A DNA stretch of 64,000 nt from positions 16,137 to 80,136 of the forward strand of contig JAFCCO010000003.1 in the NCBI GenBank assembly GCA_017610175.1. The letters run 5' to 3'. Under the pieces are notes generated by a model. It saw nothing but the letters and a program-made list of their open reading frames with translations. It was not told the origin of the DNA and made no database searches. This DNA is from Candidatus Iainarchaeum sp. (lineage in GTDB: Archaea > Iainarchaeota > Iainarchaeia > Iainarchaeales > GCA-2688035). A program made the translations under genes and the position numbers. Shown piece by piece: positions 55,361 to 64,000 of the stretch (positions are counted from its first letter, which is position 1; each line of letters starts with the position of its first letter).

Positions 55361-56862
55361 TATTTGCGGGTTTTAACGCGCGAAACAACGGCGGGAACAC
55401 GCTCGCGCCTTGAAAACTCCTCTGCAATAGACATGGGGTTTTTTGCCCTAATAAAAGCGGTTTCATGGTTTTTGCACATAATTCGGCCATTTCGCTCCAT
55501 TACAAGCTTGCTGAAGCGATTAAGCGCCGAAGCCTGAACCGCCACAATTGAGTCAGCAACCTGTTTTGAAAAGAATTTGCTGTGCTGGTTTGTTAAATGC
55601 CCCGGTAATGCCCTGTAAATTGAAAGCATTGCCCTGCAAAGGGCCTTTCTGAAAACAAAAGAGGAATCCTTTAAAAGTGCTTCCTGAGAAGCAAGGCCGT
55701 GTTCCTGAAGTGCGTCTTTTTCAACAGAAGAAATTTTTGCAGAAAGAAATGCAATTTGCTCATTCAGCGCGCAGAGGGCTTTTGACAAAAACGATTCTCT
55801 GCGCAAGCAAAACCAATGCAGTTGGGTTGTTGAAACCAGCTCTGCCTTCCCCCCTGACGCTTGGTTGAGTGCATCGCAAAGCAACAGTTCAACTTCCTGA
55901 TTCCTTGCAAAAGGCCCTACAGGGAAATAATTGAGATAAAACTCTTTTTTCAGACGCTCCCTGCTTTCCTTATGCAAAGCCTGTTCGTGGAACTGCTGTT
56001 CAAAGCCTGGAATAAGCGACTCGAAATAGAAGCCCTCTGAAAGCACCCTTGCATTAACTGTTGAATGCGGCAAAACGTTTCTGTCAAAAAGACTGTTTGG
56101 ACTACAGCAACTGCAATCAATTGATTCAAAGCCAAGATTGTAAAATGGCTTTGTGAAAAGAGTTGGCCAAAGCATTGAGAAGTCCATTTCAATTGAGTTC
56201 GGGGGAACGGGGCTTTTGCGGCAGGGTCTCTGCGGCACATCCTGAGAAGATGGGGCATCAAAACCGTGTGAAAAAAACAGGTTTTCAAGAAAGGTTTCCA
56301 ATGCAACAAACTGCTCGGTTGGACTGTTCTCAGGGTGAATGCAAAGCAGTTTGGAAACTGCAATCGAATTGATGAATTCATTTGCAGACTCATTGTCATG
56401 TTCAAGAAGCTCTTTTGCAACCTCATTAAGGGAGGCAAGCCCGTTCCACAATGCATTTGGAAAATCGGTGCACTCAATCTTTTGAGGAAACTTGCCGGCA
56501 AGATCAAAGGAATCAAAGTAACTCCAGTTGTTGGCTGCAAGAAACTGCCGCTCTGGCTCAATCAAGACAGGCCTTTTTCCAAAGGAATTAAGACAAAGGT
56601 TTGCAAGGCACTTGAGGTCAAAAAAAGTTGATGCTTTAACCTCAAACGAGTTTTCGTGCTCAATTATTTCAAACTTCTGCGGATTGTAATTGCAAAGAAG
56701 CTTGCTTAGTTCACCTGCCGGAATTTTTTTCTCAAAAAAGAAAGAGGGAAAGAAGGGAAAACTCTTTGATTTCTTCCCACCAAAATTAGCGAACTCTAAG
56801 GTTATGCGATGCTTGGCTTGCGCATACTCTATTCCTGTAAGCGTGTGTGTGTTGGAAGTCAT
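55360..56862 (-). CDS. Hypothetical 500-aa protein inside the rad50/herA/nurA neighbourhood
   Basis: Long ORF lying immediately after herA and on the same strand. It contains a Cys cluster 'SIDCSCCSPN' and has no Mre11 phosphoesterase motifs or other assignable motif. Confidence 0.4.
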   Translation of the reverse strand: MTSNTHTLTGIEYAQAKHRITLEFANFGGKKSKSFPFFPSFFFEKKIPAGELSKLLCNYNPQKFEIIEHENSFEVKASTFFDLKCLANLCLNSFGKRPVLIEPERQFLAANNWSYFDSFDLAGKFPQKIECTDFPNALWNGLASLNEVAKELLEHDNESANEFINSIAVSKLLCIHPENSPTEQFVALETFLENLFFSHGFDAPSSQDVPQRPCRKSPVPPNSIEMDFSMLWPTLFTKPFYNLGFESIDCSCCSPNSLFDRNVLPHSTVNARVLSEGFYFESLIPGFEQQFHEQALHKESRERLKKEFYLNYFPVGPFARNQEVELLLCDALNQASGGKAELVSTTQLHWFCLRRESFLSKALCALNEQIAFLSAKISSVEKDALQEHGLASQEALLKDSSFVFRKALCRAMLSIYRALPGHLTNQHSKFFSKQVADSIVAVQASALNRFSKLVMERNGRIMCKNHETAFIRAKNPMSIAEEFSRRERVPAVVSRVKTRK

Positions 56863-56956
56863 TGCTGACCAATAAAAAAAGGGGTTTTGGGCGCATTTAA
56901 AGGATTAGAAGGAGAGTGGGTTTCCACTGTTATTTTAAGGGCAAAAATTTCCGCTA

Positions 56957-58507
56957 TTACAGCAGTTCCCTTGTTTCATCATCTTTTTCGCTTGAATTCC
57001 GCTCAAAGTCAACTGCAGCCTGTTCAAGCGAAATCTCGTGCCTTGACTCCTGACTCTTTCTCTTGCGCACCTTAAAGAAGAGAGGGTAATGTGTTGCCTC
57101 GCCCACAAGAAGCGCTTCCCCCACACGAAGTGAGGTAATCATCTCAATGCTTTTGCTGTCCAAACCCTCTGAACTTTCCCCTATGTGCTTTAAGTCATAG
57201 GGATTTGTGATTCGCAGAATTATATGGGTATTACACTGGGAAAGGGCTGTTGTGTCAAGCTGCACAGGCCTCTGTGAAATAAGGCAGAGCGAGGCCCCAA
57301 ACTTTCGCCCCTCTCTTGCAATTGTTCTAATTATTGAGCGGCAGATTGCCGAGTCCTTTCCGGCCTTTTCAGGAACAAACTGGTGAGCTTCTTCCAGAAC
57401 AAGGAGGAAAGGGGGAATTGTCTTTCTTCTTCGCTCGTAAAAAAGCCTTTGGGCAAAGTAACTCACAATAATCTGCTTCTTTTTTGTGTTGATTACGTCA
57501 CCCAAATCAATAATTGTGAGGTTGCCTGACTTAAGCAAATCGGAAATTGGTGGTGAATCTGTTTTTCCAAACAAATTGAGTTCCATCAGGCTTACAATCC
57601 ACCCACCCAATGCAACCTTTGTGTTCTCCTTAATTTCAGGGGTTGAGTTTAACGTGTCAAGGACGTCGTGCAAGTCAAACGGGCCAAGACCTGATTTCAT
57701 CTCGGCTCTCAGCTTTGAAATTATTTTTCCAAGGTCCCTCTTCTGCGGACTGCTTAAGCCCGGAATAATTCCCGAAAGGATTCCAACACTTAGTTTGGGA
57801 ACACCAATCTGAATCTCGTGGGCCTTAACGATTTTTGTTCTTGAAGAGTAATCTGTTTTGCTTTTGTCCAAAACAGGCTCTGCAAAGGAACTGTATTCCC
57901 CGTGCGGGTCAAGAACAATTGTTGCAATTCGGCCCGCTTCCTTCTTCCTGTCCAAAAGCTCCTCAAACAAAACGCTTGTAAGGTAGCTTTTTCCGGCACC
58001 GCTTAATGCAAGAATTGCAAGATGCTTTTTCAAAAGGGCCGACATGTTTAGCTTTACAGGCAAGTCATGGTGATCGACCTGGCCAAGCTCAAGCCCGTGT
58101 TCGGTATCGAAATGCAAAAATTTTGTGAGGTTTTCCTTTGCCGCAAGCCTCACCTTTGTTCCGGGGCTTGGGGGATAGGTTGCACGCTTTGTGAGATTAT
58201 CGGAGAAAACCCCAAGCGGCCTTGTTTTTGCAATAAGGTACTCCCACTCAGAGGTTGGAAATTGCTCAAAGAGCGCGGAACCGTTTGCCTCAAATTCTTT
58301 TACTGAATCCGCCCGCTCAAAGTAACGGTTTGTTTTGATTACATCGGTCACAAGCGCAATCATTGTGCCCTCGCTGTAGTCAAGCTCAACAAACTGGCCG
58401 CGGTGCAGCACTCCCGAGGTAACAACAAAGTCTAGGGCTGCAGGGCTTGGGCCATCAGGGGTTGACACAACAGTTCCAAGTTCCTTTTCAGCCATTTGAT
58501 CCACCAA
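56957..58507 (-). CDS. herA: HerA-like FtsK/HerA-family DNA helicase/translocase
   Basis: N-terminal HAS-barrel-like region, Walker A 'LALSGAGKSYLTSVL' and Walker B 'FLLVLEEAHQF', at the HerA-typical size of 516 aa. Confidence 0.8.
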   Translation of the reverse strand: MVDQMAEKELGTVVSTPDGPSPAALDFVVTSGVLHRGQFVELDYSEGTMIALVTDVIKTNRYFERADSVKEFEANGSALFEQFPTSEWEYLIAKTRPLGVFSDNLTKRATYPPSPGTKVRLAAKENLTKFLHFDTEHGLELGQVDHHDLPVKLNMSALLKKHLAILALSGAGKSYLTSVLFEELLDRKKEAGRIATIVLDPHGEYSSFAEPVLDKSKTDYSSRTKIVKAHEIQIGVPKLSVGILSGIIPGLSSPQKRDLGKIISKLRAEMKSGLGPFDLHDVLDTLNSTPEIKENTKVALGGWIVSLMELNLFGKTDSPPISDLLKSGNLTIIDLGDVINTKKKQIIVSYFAQRLFYERRRKTIPPFLLVLEEAHQFVPEKAGKDSAICRSIIRTIAREGRKFGASLCLISQRPVQLDTTALSQCNTHIILRITNPYDLKHIGESSEGLDSKSIEMITSLRVGEALLVGEATHYPLFFKVRKRKSQESRHEISLEQAAVDFERNSSEKDDETRELL

Positions 58508-58527
58508 TAAAATAAATAACCGTTTGC

Positions 58528-59685
58528 CTAAAAAGGCCTATAGTCCCGCCTCATTTTAATGCGAATATTCCTGCCCAGTTTGTCCATTATTTTGTCGTAA
58601 ACAAGGTTTATTTCGTCAGGATTGAGCTTTGCATGCAAATCCGCCTCAATCAAAACGGTTGGATAAGCGTATTCGCGGTGCATGCAGGAAGAAGCATAAA
58701 CAATTGGCGCAATCTTATTTACATGCTCTGAAATGTCCCCCTTGCTGTGAAGGAATTCAATGCGCAATGGCCTGTCAAACTCACAGGGCCTTAAGTAGAA
58801 TGCGTGAATGCTTTTTGCCCAGCGCTCCTCAAAGTCTGAAAGTATGGGGTGGGGCCTTTTTGCGTCCTCCCCACTGTAAGTGAAAGCCATGCTTCGCTCT
58901 CCCTTGGCAAGAAGGTAATCAAGCAAAATTGTGTCATAGCAATTGTCAAGCGGTTTTGAATTAATTGAGGCCCCCATAATCTTTTCCTGCAGAATTGACC
59001 TGAAGCGCGAGCCCCTGCTGTCCTCAACGCAGGCAACAAGCTCTGTTCCCTGCTTTTCCGCGGTCTTGTAGAGAAGCTGAAATTCGTTAACCAAATGCCT
59101 GTAAAACTCATGAATTGTGCTTTCATTCCTTGGCTTGTCGGCATACTGCGGAACAATGCTTCCGTCAATAAAACAGTAGTCCGGGGAATGCTCTTCAATA
59201 ATCTGCCTTGTTGTTCCAACCTCCTTTAACAGCCTTTGAAGGGATTTGCTTATCTGGAATTCATCACTTTCAAGGGCTGAACTGCTTAGGTTGGGCTCTG
59301 GAAAAGAGTAAAAGGAAGGGAAGTACTTTGCTTTCTCAAGCTTGCCCTGCTTGTAGTCAAAAACAACGCCAACGCAGCGCACAAGAACCAGGTTAAAGGC
59401 AAGCAGGTCCTTTCCCACAAAGCCTGAGTCGACCCCCGCAAGCGTTCCATTCAACTGCTTTTTTTCAACCGTTGAAATAAGGTTTTCCTCAAGCAAATCG
59501 CGCCCGTCCACCTTAACCGGTTTTTTTGTAAGAGGCATTATAGAGGAAACAAGGGTTTTGCGGGTTTTGTGCATTCCGCTGATGCTGTTAACAGCCTCGT
59601 CAATTAATCCGGTTAAGTTCATCCCTATAATTGGGAAAAGCTGGTTTAAAAGACTATTTGGAGAGCGGGTTTCCGGTAATATCAC
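58528..59685 (-). CDS. nurA: NurA 5'-3' nuclease
   Basis: 'LAGVDSGF' catalytic Asp motif near the N-terminus, at the NurA size of 385 aa, directly downstream of herA on the same strand. Confidence 0.55.
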   Translation of the reverse strand: MILPETRSPNSLLNQLFPIIGMNLTGLIDEAVNSISGMHKTRKTLVSSIMPLTKKPVKVDGRDLLEENLISTVEKKQLNGTLAGVDSGFVGKDLLAFNLVLVRCVGVVFDYKQGKLEKAKYFPSFYSFPEPNLSSSALESDEFQISKSLQRLLKEVGTTRQIIEEHSPDYCFIDGSIVPQYADKPRNESTIHEFYRHLVNEFQLLYKTAEKQGTELVACVEDSRGSRFRSILQEKIMGASINSKPLDNCYDTILLDYLLAKGERSMAFTYSGEDAKRPHPILSDFEERWAKSIHAFYLRPCEFDRPLRIEFLHSKGDISEHVNKIAPIVYASSCMHREYAYPTVLIEADLHAKLNPDEINLVYDKIMDKLGRNIRIKMRRDYRPF

Positions 59686-60404
59686 ATTCTGCGTCTTCGA
59701 ATCTTGTGCAATGGTTCTTTCCTAATGTTGCCCATTGCCCTTTTCTTGCCCTCAACAAGGTGGGACTCCCTTGCATAAACATGCCCGTCCGGTGCGATTA
59801 TGGTTGCAGGCTTGGTCCCGCCCGATTTTCCGCGTTCCCAGTAACCAAGATAAGTCTTGGCTTTGGGCAGGCCGTACTTTCTAAGCAAAGCTCTTTCGCT
59901 TTGCCTCGGAGCTGCGCTTGCACAAAAACCCAGTTCAAGCATTCCCTTTTTTGGCTCAACCTTAAGCAGGTTCTGCACGCGGCTCTTTAATTCTGCCGCG
60001 CCCCCCTTCAGGCTTCTTGCGTGAAAATCGTCAACAGAAACCCGAAGCAGTATCGGAACGCCTGCCTTTGTTGCCATCGCATTCATTCTGGCCAAAAATT
60101 CCTTCGCCGCCCTCTGCGTCTTTGAGAAAGCAAAACCGTTTGTGATTACCTGCATCCAGCCTGGTTTTCTTGCGGCAACCATTTCAATCATTTTCCAAAA
60201 TTTTGGATGAATTGTCGGCTCACCGCCGGCAATTGTAATCTCGTGAAAGTGCCCGATTGATTTGGATGCTTTTGTAAACGTTTTCATTGGCATGTGCATT
60301 TTTCCAAGCATTTTTTCATAAACACAGCCAGGGCACTTTGCATTGCAGTTCCATGTAATCAGAAGCATCATCTGTTCGTCAGGGCTTTTCTTCCAGGGAC
60401 TCAT
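59682..60404 (-). CDS. Small radical SAM protein (QueE/NrdG-activase-like)
   Basis: 'CNAKCPGC' (Cx3Cx2C) and 'ITIAGGEPT' (GGE SAM-binding motif), 240 aa. Its start overlaps the nurA stop. Confidence 0.5.
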   Translation of the reverse strand: MSPWKKSPDEQMMLLITWNCNAKCPGCVYEKMLGKMHMPMKTFTKASKSIGHFHEITIAGGEPTIHPKFWKMIEMVAARKPGWMQVITNGFAFSKTQRAAKEFLARMNAMATKAGVPILLRVSVDDFHARSLKGGAAELKSRVQNLLKVEPKKGMLELGFCASAAPRQSERALLRKYGLPKAKTYLGYWERGKSGGTKPATIIAPDGHVYARESHLVEGKKRAMGNIRKEPLHKIRRRRM

Positions 60405-60522
60405 AAGGTATTAACACATTGCCGCTTTATAAAATTTTGCCAAAAATTGCCCCTGAAAAAAGAAAAGAATTTAAACCTGCTACGCCTATTGTTAATAGCG
60501 ATTTTCAAAGGAGTACAGTAAA

Positions 60523-60849
60523 ATGAAGAGAGCCGTTTTTATACTCAAAACAATAGTAAGCCCTTGGAAACCCCCTTTCACCAAAAAAATCGGAATAGAG
60601 GACTATGACGTTACAGTCGGGCAGGAATTTGACACAATAGAGCGGGAGCCCAAAAAAATCTTTAAATTGGTTAAATGCAATGCAGAAACCTGCCTTGTTG
60701 AATTCTCGGAAAAATTTACGCTAAAAGGGCACGAGCACCCCGGAAACAGGCAGATTGAAATAGGGTCAGACCCCACCAGCTTCAGCTATTTGTGGGGAGA
60801 AGACGGAATAACCAAAAAGCTCTCACTAAAACAAATTTACGAAAGCTAA
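60523..60849 (+). CDS. Hypothetical protein
   Basis: 108-aa ORF with an SD-like sequence upstream ('aaaggagtacagtaaaATG'). No motifs. Confidence 0.3.
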   Translation: MKRAVFILKTIVSPWKPPFTKKIGIEDYDVTVGQEFDTIEREPKKIFKLVKCNAETCLVEFSEKFTLKGHEHPGNRQIEIGSDPTSFSYLWGEDGITKKLSLKQIYES

Positions 60850-60858
60850 AATTAGGAA

Positions 60859-61182
60859 TTACTTGCCCCGAAGAATTCTCTTAAGGTCAATTTTTCGATC
60901 CTCAGCGTTAATGTTCTTGCTGCTGCACTTATCCTCGGCACAATTGCTCATGTAACGCTTGCAATAACTCTTTCCGGACATCTGCTTTAGGTGTTTGCAC
61001 TCTCTCCAAACGAGTTTTTTCTCAATCGCTGCGTTTTCAAGCTCTGAAGAGAAATCAAGAACCCGCTTAACCTCTTTCTTAATCTGGGTCGGTTCAAGAT
61101 TGGAGACCGATTCCTCAATTAGCGCGGTGCGTTTCCGGGCCGCTGTGACAAGACCGGTTAAAGGCATGTTAACTAAATGCAC
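60859..61182 (-). CDS. Hypothetical protein with C-terminal Cys cluster
   Basis: 107 aa, with Cys in 'RECKHLKQMSGKSYCKRYMSNCAEDKC'. Confidence 0.3.
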   Translation of the reverse strand: MHLVNMPLTGLVTAARKRTALIEESVSNLEPTQIKKEVKRVLDFSSELENAAIEKKLVWRECKHLKQMSGKSYCKRYMSNCAEDKCSSKNINAEDRKIDLKRILRGK

Positions 61183-61277
61183 CTAAGTTAAATAAAAAGC
61201 TTTCCCCCTTCGCACAAGATTTTGGTGCAAAAGTGCGCAAGGAAAACTTTAAAAACATTATATGAAAGTATATTCAT

Positions 61278-61598
61278 ATGAATAAGAATTCAGTTCCATA
61301 CCACCTCTGCCTTGAAACACTTGGAAACGAGCTCAGGGTAAAGGTGCTTGAGGCACTCAAAGAAGACCCCAAAACCGTTAGCGGGCTTGCTTTTGCAACA
61401 AAAGTCGAGCAAAGCAGGCTTTCCCACAGCCTCAAGGCACTGAAACAATGCAATTTTGTGAAAAGTGAGGCAAGGGGAAAGGAAAGAGTGTACAGCTTAA
61501 CCGAATCCTTTGTGAAGGAAATGCCAAAATCAAAGAACATCTTCGAAGCGCTTGAAAAGCACTTCAAAAAGTTCGGATGCAACTGCTGGAGGCAATAA
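61278..61598 (+). CDS. ArsR/SmtB-family HTH regulator, possibly Fe-S cluster related
   Basis: 'LETLGNELRVKVLEALKEDPKTVSGLAFATKVEQSRLSHSLKALK' is an ArsR-type wHTH. It has a C-terminal CxC ('GCNC') and lies immediately upstream of iscS-iscU. Confidence 0.55.
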   Translation: MNKNSVPYHLCLETLGNELRVKVLEALKEDPKTVSGLAFATKVEQSRLSHSLKALKQCNFVKSEARGKERVYSLTESFVKEMPKSKNIFEALEKHFKKFGCNCWRQ

Positions 61599-61600
61599 AA

Positions 61601-62806
61601 ATGAAGCGAATTTACCTTGACCATGCGGCAACAACCCCGCTCGATGCGCGCGTGCTAAAAGAAATGGAACCGTACTTTTTGGAAAACTACGGAAATGCAT
61701 CCTCACTCCACTCATTTGGAAGAGAGGCAAGGGAAGCCGTTGAAAAAAGCAGGGAAGCCGTTGCCAAAATCCTCAACGCAAAGCCTGACGAGATTGTGTT
61801 CAACAGCGGAGGCACAGAGGGCGACAACACAGCGCTCAGGGGCGTAATCAAGGCAAGCAAAACAAAAAGGATTGTGACAAGCAAAATAGAGCACCACGCA
61901 GTAGAGCACACATCAAAAGAGCTTGAAAAAGAGGGCGCAGAAGTTGAATTCGTTGAGGTGGACAGCGAAGGGTTTGTTGACGTTGCAGCCATTGAAAAAG
62001 CGCTTGCAAAAGAAACCGCAATCGCAAGCATAATGCACGCAAACAACGAAATCGGAACAATCGAACCGATTGCGGAAATCGGAGAAATGTGCAGGGAAAA
62101 GGGAACGATTTTCCACACAGACGCAGTTCAAAGTGTCGGCAAGGAAAAAATTGACGTTGAAAAAATGAACATTGACCTCTTGAGTGCCTCAGGGCACAAG
62201 TTCTACGGCCCCAAAGGGGTTGGCTTTATGTACATCAAAAAAGGAACCAAGATACTGCCAATTCTGCACGGCGGAGGCCACGAAAAAGGAATGCGCTCCG
62301 GAACAGAGAACGTTGCCGGAATAGTTGGGCTTGCAAAAGCACTTGAAATAGCCGAAAATGAAAGGGAAAAGGAAACTGCCAGGGAAAAAAAGCTTGCAGA
62401 AAGGCTTGTGAAAGGAATCTCGGAAATTGGAAACAGCTGGGTGAACGGGCCGGAAATCGGAAGCAAAAGACTGAGCAACAACATAAACCTCGGGTTTGAC
62501 TTTGTAGAAGGGGAAAGCATGGTTTTTATGATGGATGAGAAAGGAATTGCCTGCAGCACCGGGTCTGCGTGCTCAACCAAGGACCTTAACCCAAGCCATG
62601 TGCTAATGGCAATTAACCTGAAACCATGGAAAGCGCACGGGTCGCTGAGAATAACAACCGGCCGGGGCACAACAGAGAAAGACATAGATTATGCCGTTGA
62701 AAGCATTTCCGAAATTGTGAAAAGGCTGAGGGAAATAAGCCCGCTTAGAAAGGGAAAGGACATAAGCAAGTTTGAAAAAGGGTTTGAGGAAAGGCATAGC
62801 CACTGA
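61601..62806 (+). CDS. iscS: Cysteine desulfurase (IscS/NifS class)
   Basis: 'MKRIYLDHAATTPLD...NASSLHSFGREAR', the PLP-lysine region 'LSASGHKFYGPKGVGFMY' and the active-site loop 'GSACS'. Confidence 0.9.
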   Translation: MKRIYLDHAATTPLDARVLKEMEPYFLENYGNASSLHSFGREAREAVEKSREAVAKILNAKPDEIVFNSGGTEGDNTALRGVIKASKTKRIVTSKIEHHAVEHTSKELEKEGAEVEFVEVDSEGFVDVAAIEKALAKETAIASIMHANNEIGTIEPIAEIGEMCREKGTIFHTDAVQSVGKEKIDVEKMNIDLLSASGHKFYGPKGVGFMYIKKGTKILPILHGGGHEKGMRSGTENVAGIVGLAKALEIAENEREKETAREKKLAERLVKGISEIGNSWVNGPEIGSKRLSNNINLGFDFVEGESMVFMMDEKGIACSTGSACSTKDLNPSHVLMAINLKPWKAHGSLRITTGRGTTEKDIDYAVESISEIVKRLREISPLRKGKDISKFEKGFEERHSH

Positions 62807-62815
62807 GGTGAGAAA

Positions 62816-63199
62816 ATGTATTCGAACAAAGTAATGGATTTGTTCAAGCACCCAAGGAACATCGGTGAAATCAAGGATGCGGACGCAATCGGAAAAGTGG
62901 GAAACCCCATTTGCGGCGACCTAATGTGGGTCTACTTAAAAATTGAAAAGAACAAGAAAGGTGAAGAGTTCATTAAGGACATTAAGGTAAAAACGTTTGG
63001 ATGCGTTGCGGCAATAGCAACAAGCTCAGCCCTTACAGAAATAGCTAAGGGAATGACCCTTGATGAGGCTGAAAAGATTTCAAAACAGCAGGTTGCAGAC
63101 TATGTTGGAGGACTGCCCCCTCCAAAGCTCCACTGCAGCGTTCTTGCCACAGACGGGCTGAAAAATGCAATAGAAGGCTATAAAAAGAAGAAACACTAA
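62816..63199 (+). CDS. iscU: Fe-S cluster scaffold IscU/NifU N-terminal domain
   Basis: 'HPRNIGEIKDADAIGKVGNPICGDLM', 'FGCVAAIATSS' and 'KLHCSVLA' conserved Cys triad. Confidence 0.85.
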   Translation: MYSNKVMDLFKHPRNIGEIKDADAIGKVGNPICGDLMWVYLKIEKNKKGEEFIKDIKVKTFGCVAAIATSSALTEIAKGMTLDEAEKISKQQVADYVGGLPPPKLHCSVLATDGLKNAIEGYKKKKH

Positions 63200-63210
63200 A
63201 ATGATTCTGA

Positions 63211-63552
63211 ATGAATTTGAAACAAGCAATAATTGTAAGAACAGACCTTGGAATGGGAAAGGGGAAGATAGCCGCACAGGCAAGCCACGCCTCTGTTTCA
63301 GTTCTCGAAAAGGTTGATTCAAAAGACATAAAGGAATGGAAATCACAGGGAATGAAAAAAATAGTCCTGAAAATTTCAGGAAAAAAGGAATTGCTTGAAC
63401 TCTTTGAAAAAATGAAAAAACTTTTCCCAACAGCCCTGATTAAGGACGCAGGGCTTACACAGATAACCCCTGGAGAGCCGACATGCATTGCGATTGGCCC
63501 AGCGAACGAAATAGAGCTTGACAAATTTTTAGGTGACCTGAAGCTTCTTTAG
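63211..63552 (+). CDS. pth2: Peptidyl-tRNA hydrolase, archaeal Pth2 type
   Basis: 'KQAIIVRTDLGMGKGKIAAQASHAS' and 'KIVLK...DAGLTQI...PTCIAIGP' match the Pth2 family, at 113 aa. Confidence 0.85.
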   Translation: MNLKQAIIVRTDLGMGKGKIAAQASHASVSVLEKVDSKDIKEWKSQGMKKIVLKISGKKELLELFEKMKKLFPTALIKDAGLTQITPGEPTCIAIGPANEIELDKFLGDLKLL

Positions 63553-63926
63553 GTTTCGAAAAAATCGATTCCCATTCTTGCCAAACAATCGGTTCTGATT
63601 GTTTCGTCAACAATCTTTTCACAAATTGACTCGTACTGGTAAGCGTAAGCAACTTCTGCAAGGCAAATGTCCCGCTCAAAGTCGTGGAGCTCAAGGCACT
63701 TCTCCTCAGAACCGGCCTCGATTGCCGCACGCTTCAGGCAGGATTCCCTCCAATTGATTTGAGGTATTTTATTGCAAACGGCTTCAACCTCGCCCCAGCA
63801 AGCCTGCTCCCATCTATCACCCCCAAAATCAAGGCAATCACTCCCATAAAACAGCTCAAGAGCGACGTCGGAGATGCACTGGTACTTAACGTTTGAATTG
63901 TCAGAACCAAAAGCGCTCTCCATCAA
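63549..63926 (-). CDS. Cysteine-rich hypothetical protein (possibly 5'-extended beyond this ORF)
   Basis: 125-aa ORF with many Cys spaced through acidic sequence ('CISDV...CLDF...CWGE...CNK...CLK'). It may continue toward the window end. Confidence 0.25.
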   Translation of the reverse strand: MMESAFGSDNSNVKYQCISDVALELFYGSDCLDFGGDRWEQACWGEVEAVCNKIPQINWRESCLKRAAIEAGSEEKCLELHDFERDICLAEVAYAYQYESICEKIVDETIRTDCLARMGIDFFET

Positions 63927-64000
63927 ATCACAAACACCAGTATCCTGGCTCTCACGTGCAACTGCGGTAATGCAATTGTTCTTAATCCAAAGCTCTGAAA

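Noticed and set aside
1-64000. CRISPR arrays, rRNA genes, transposases or integrases
   Set aside because: No regularly spaced direct repeats, rRNA-like sequence or transposase or integrase ORFs were found on reading the window. The only tandem repeats are the 74-nt pilin duplication and a (GAAAGGG)3 run inside a coding region.

Overview
The window is densely coding and archaeal in character, with Shine-Dalgarno-like GGAGG sites upstream of many starts. Hallmark archaeal information-processing genes are present: Orc1/Cdc6, RFC small subunit, type IA topoisomerase, CDC48, ABCE1, Pelota, aEF-1beta, S17e, RpoK, Pth2, archaeal CCA-adding enzyme, Elp3, Taw3, Rad50/HerA/NurA and IscS/IscU. Gene content and the many small surface proteins suggest a small-genome, DPANN-like archaeon; that placement is inference.

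The most striking content is cell-surface machinery. A complete Tad/Flp-like type IV pilus locus (about 25.3-33.8 kb) encodes a TadA/FlaI-like ATPase with a long disordered N-terminal extension, two TadB/TadC(FlaJ)-like membrane proteins, five tandem short pilin genes (two sharing an identical 74-nt 5' segment), a prepilin peptidase with a C-terminal extension and two larger pilin-like proteins. Two further operons of proteins with class III (prepilin-like) signal peptides lie at 5.8-8.0 kb and 39.0-40.7 kb, with a solitary pilin at 21.8 kb and a second orphan FlaI-like ATPase paralog at 48.9-50.6 kb.

Other notable loci:
- A double-strand-break repair cluster (rad50, herA, nurA) has no recognisable mre11 but contains an unassignable 500-aa protein and embedded rps17e/rpoK.
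- A 539-aa protein carries an apparent ATP-cone-like segment and is otherwise unassignable.
- A membrane-tethered ArsR-type regulator sits beside a tandem-Lrp regulator.
- A glycosylation cluster comprises a methyltransferase, a GT2, a large polytopic glycosyltransferase-like protein and a JAMM protease.
- A putative membrane-anchored PD-(D/E)xK nuclease is present.
- One tRNA-Arg(UCG) is encoded.

No CRISPR array, rRNA or obvious mobile element was seen.
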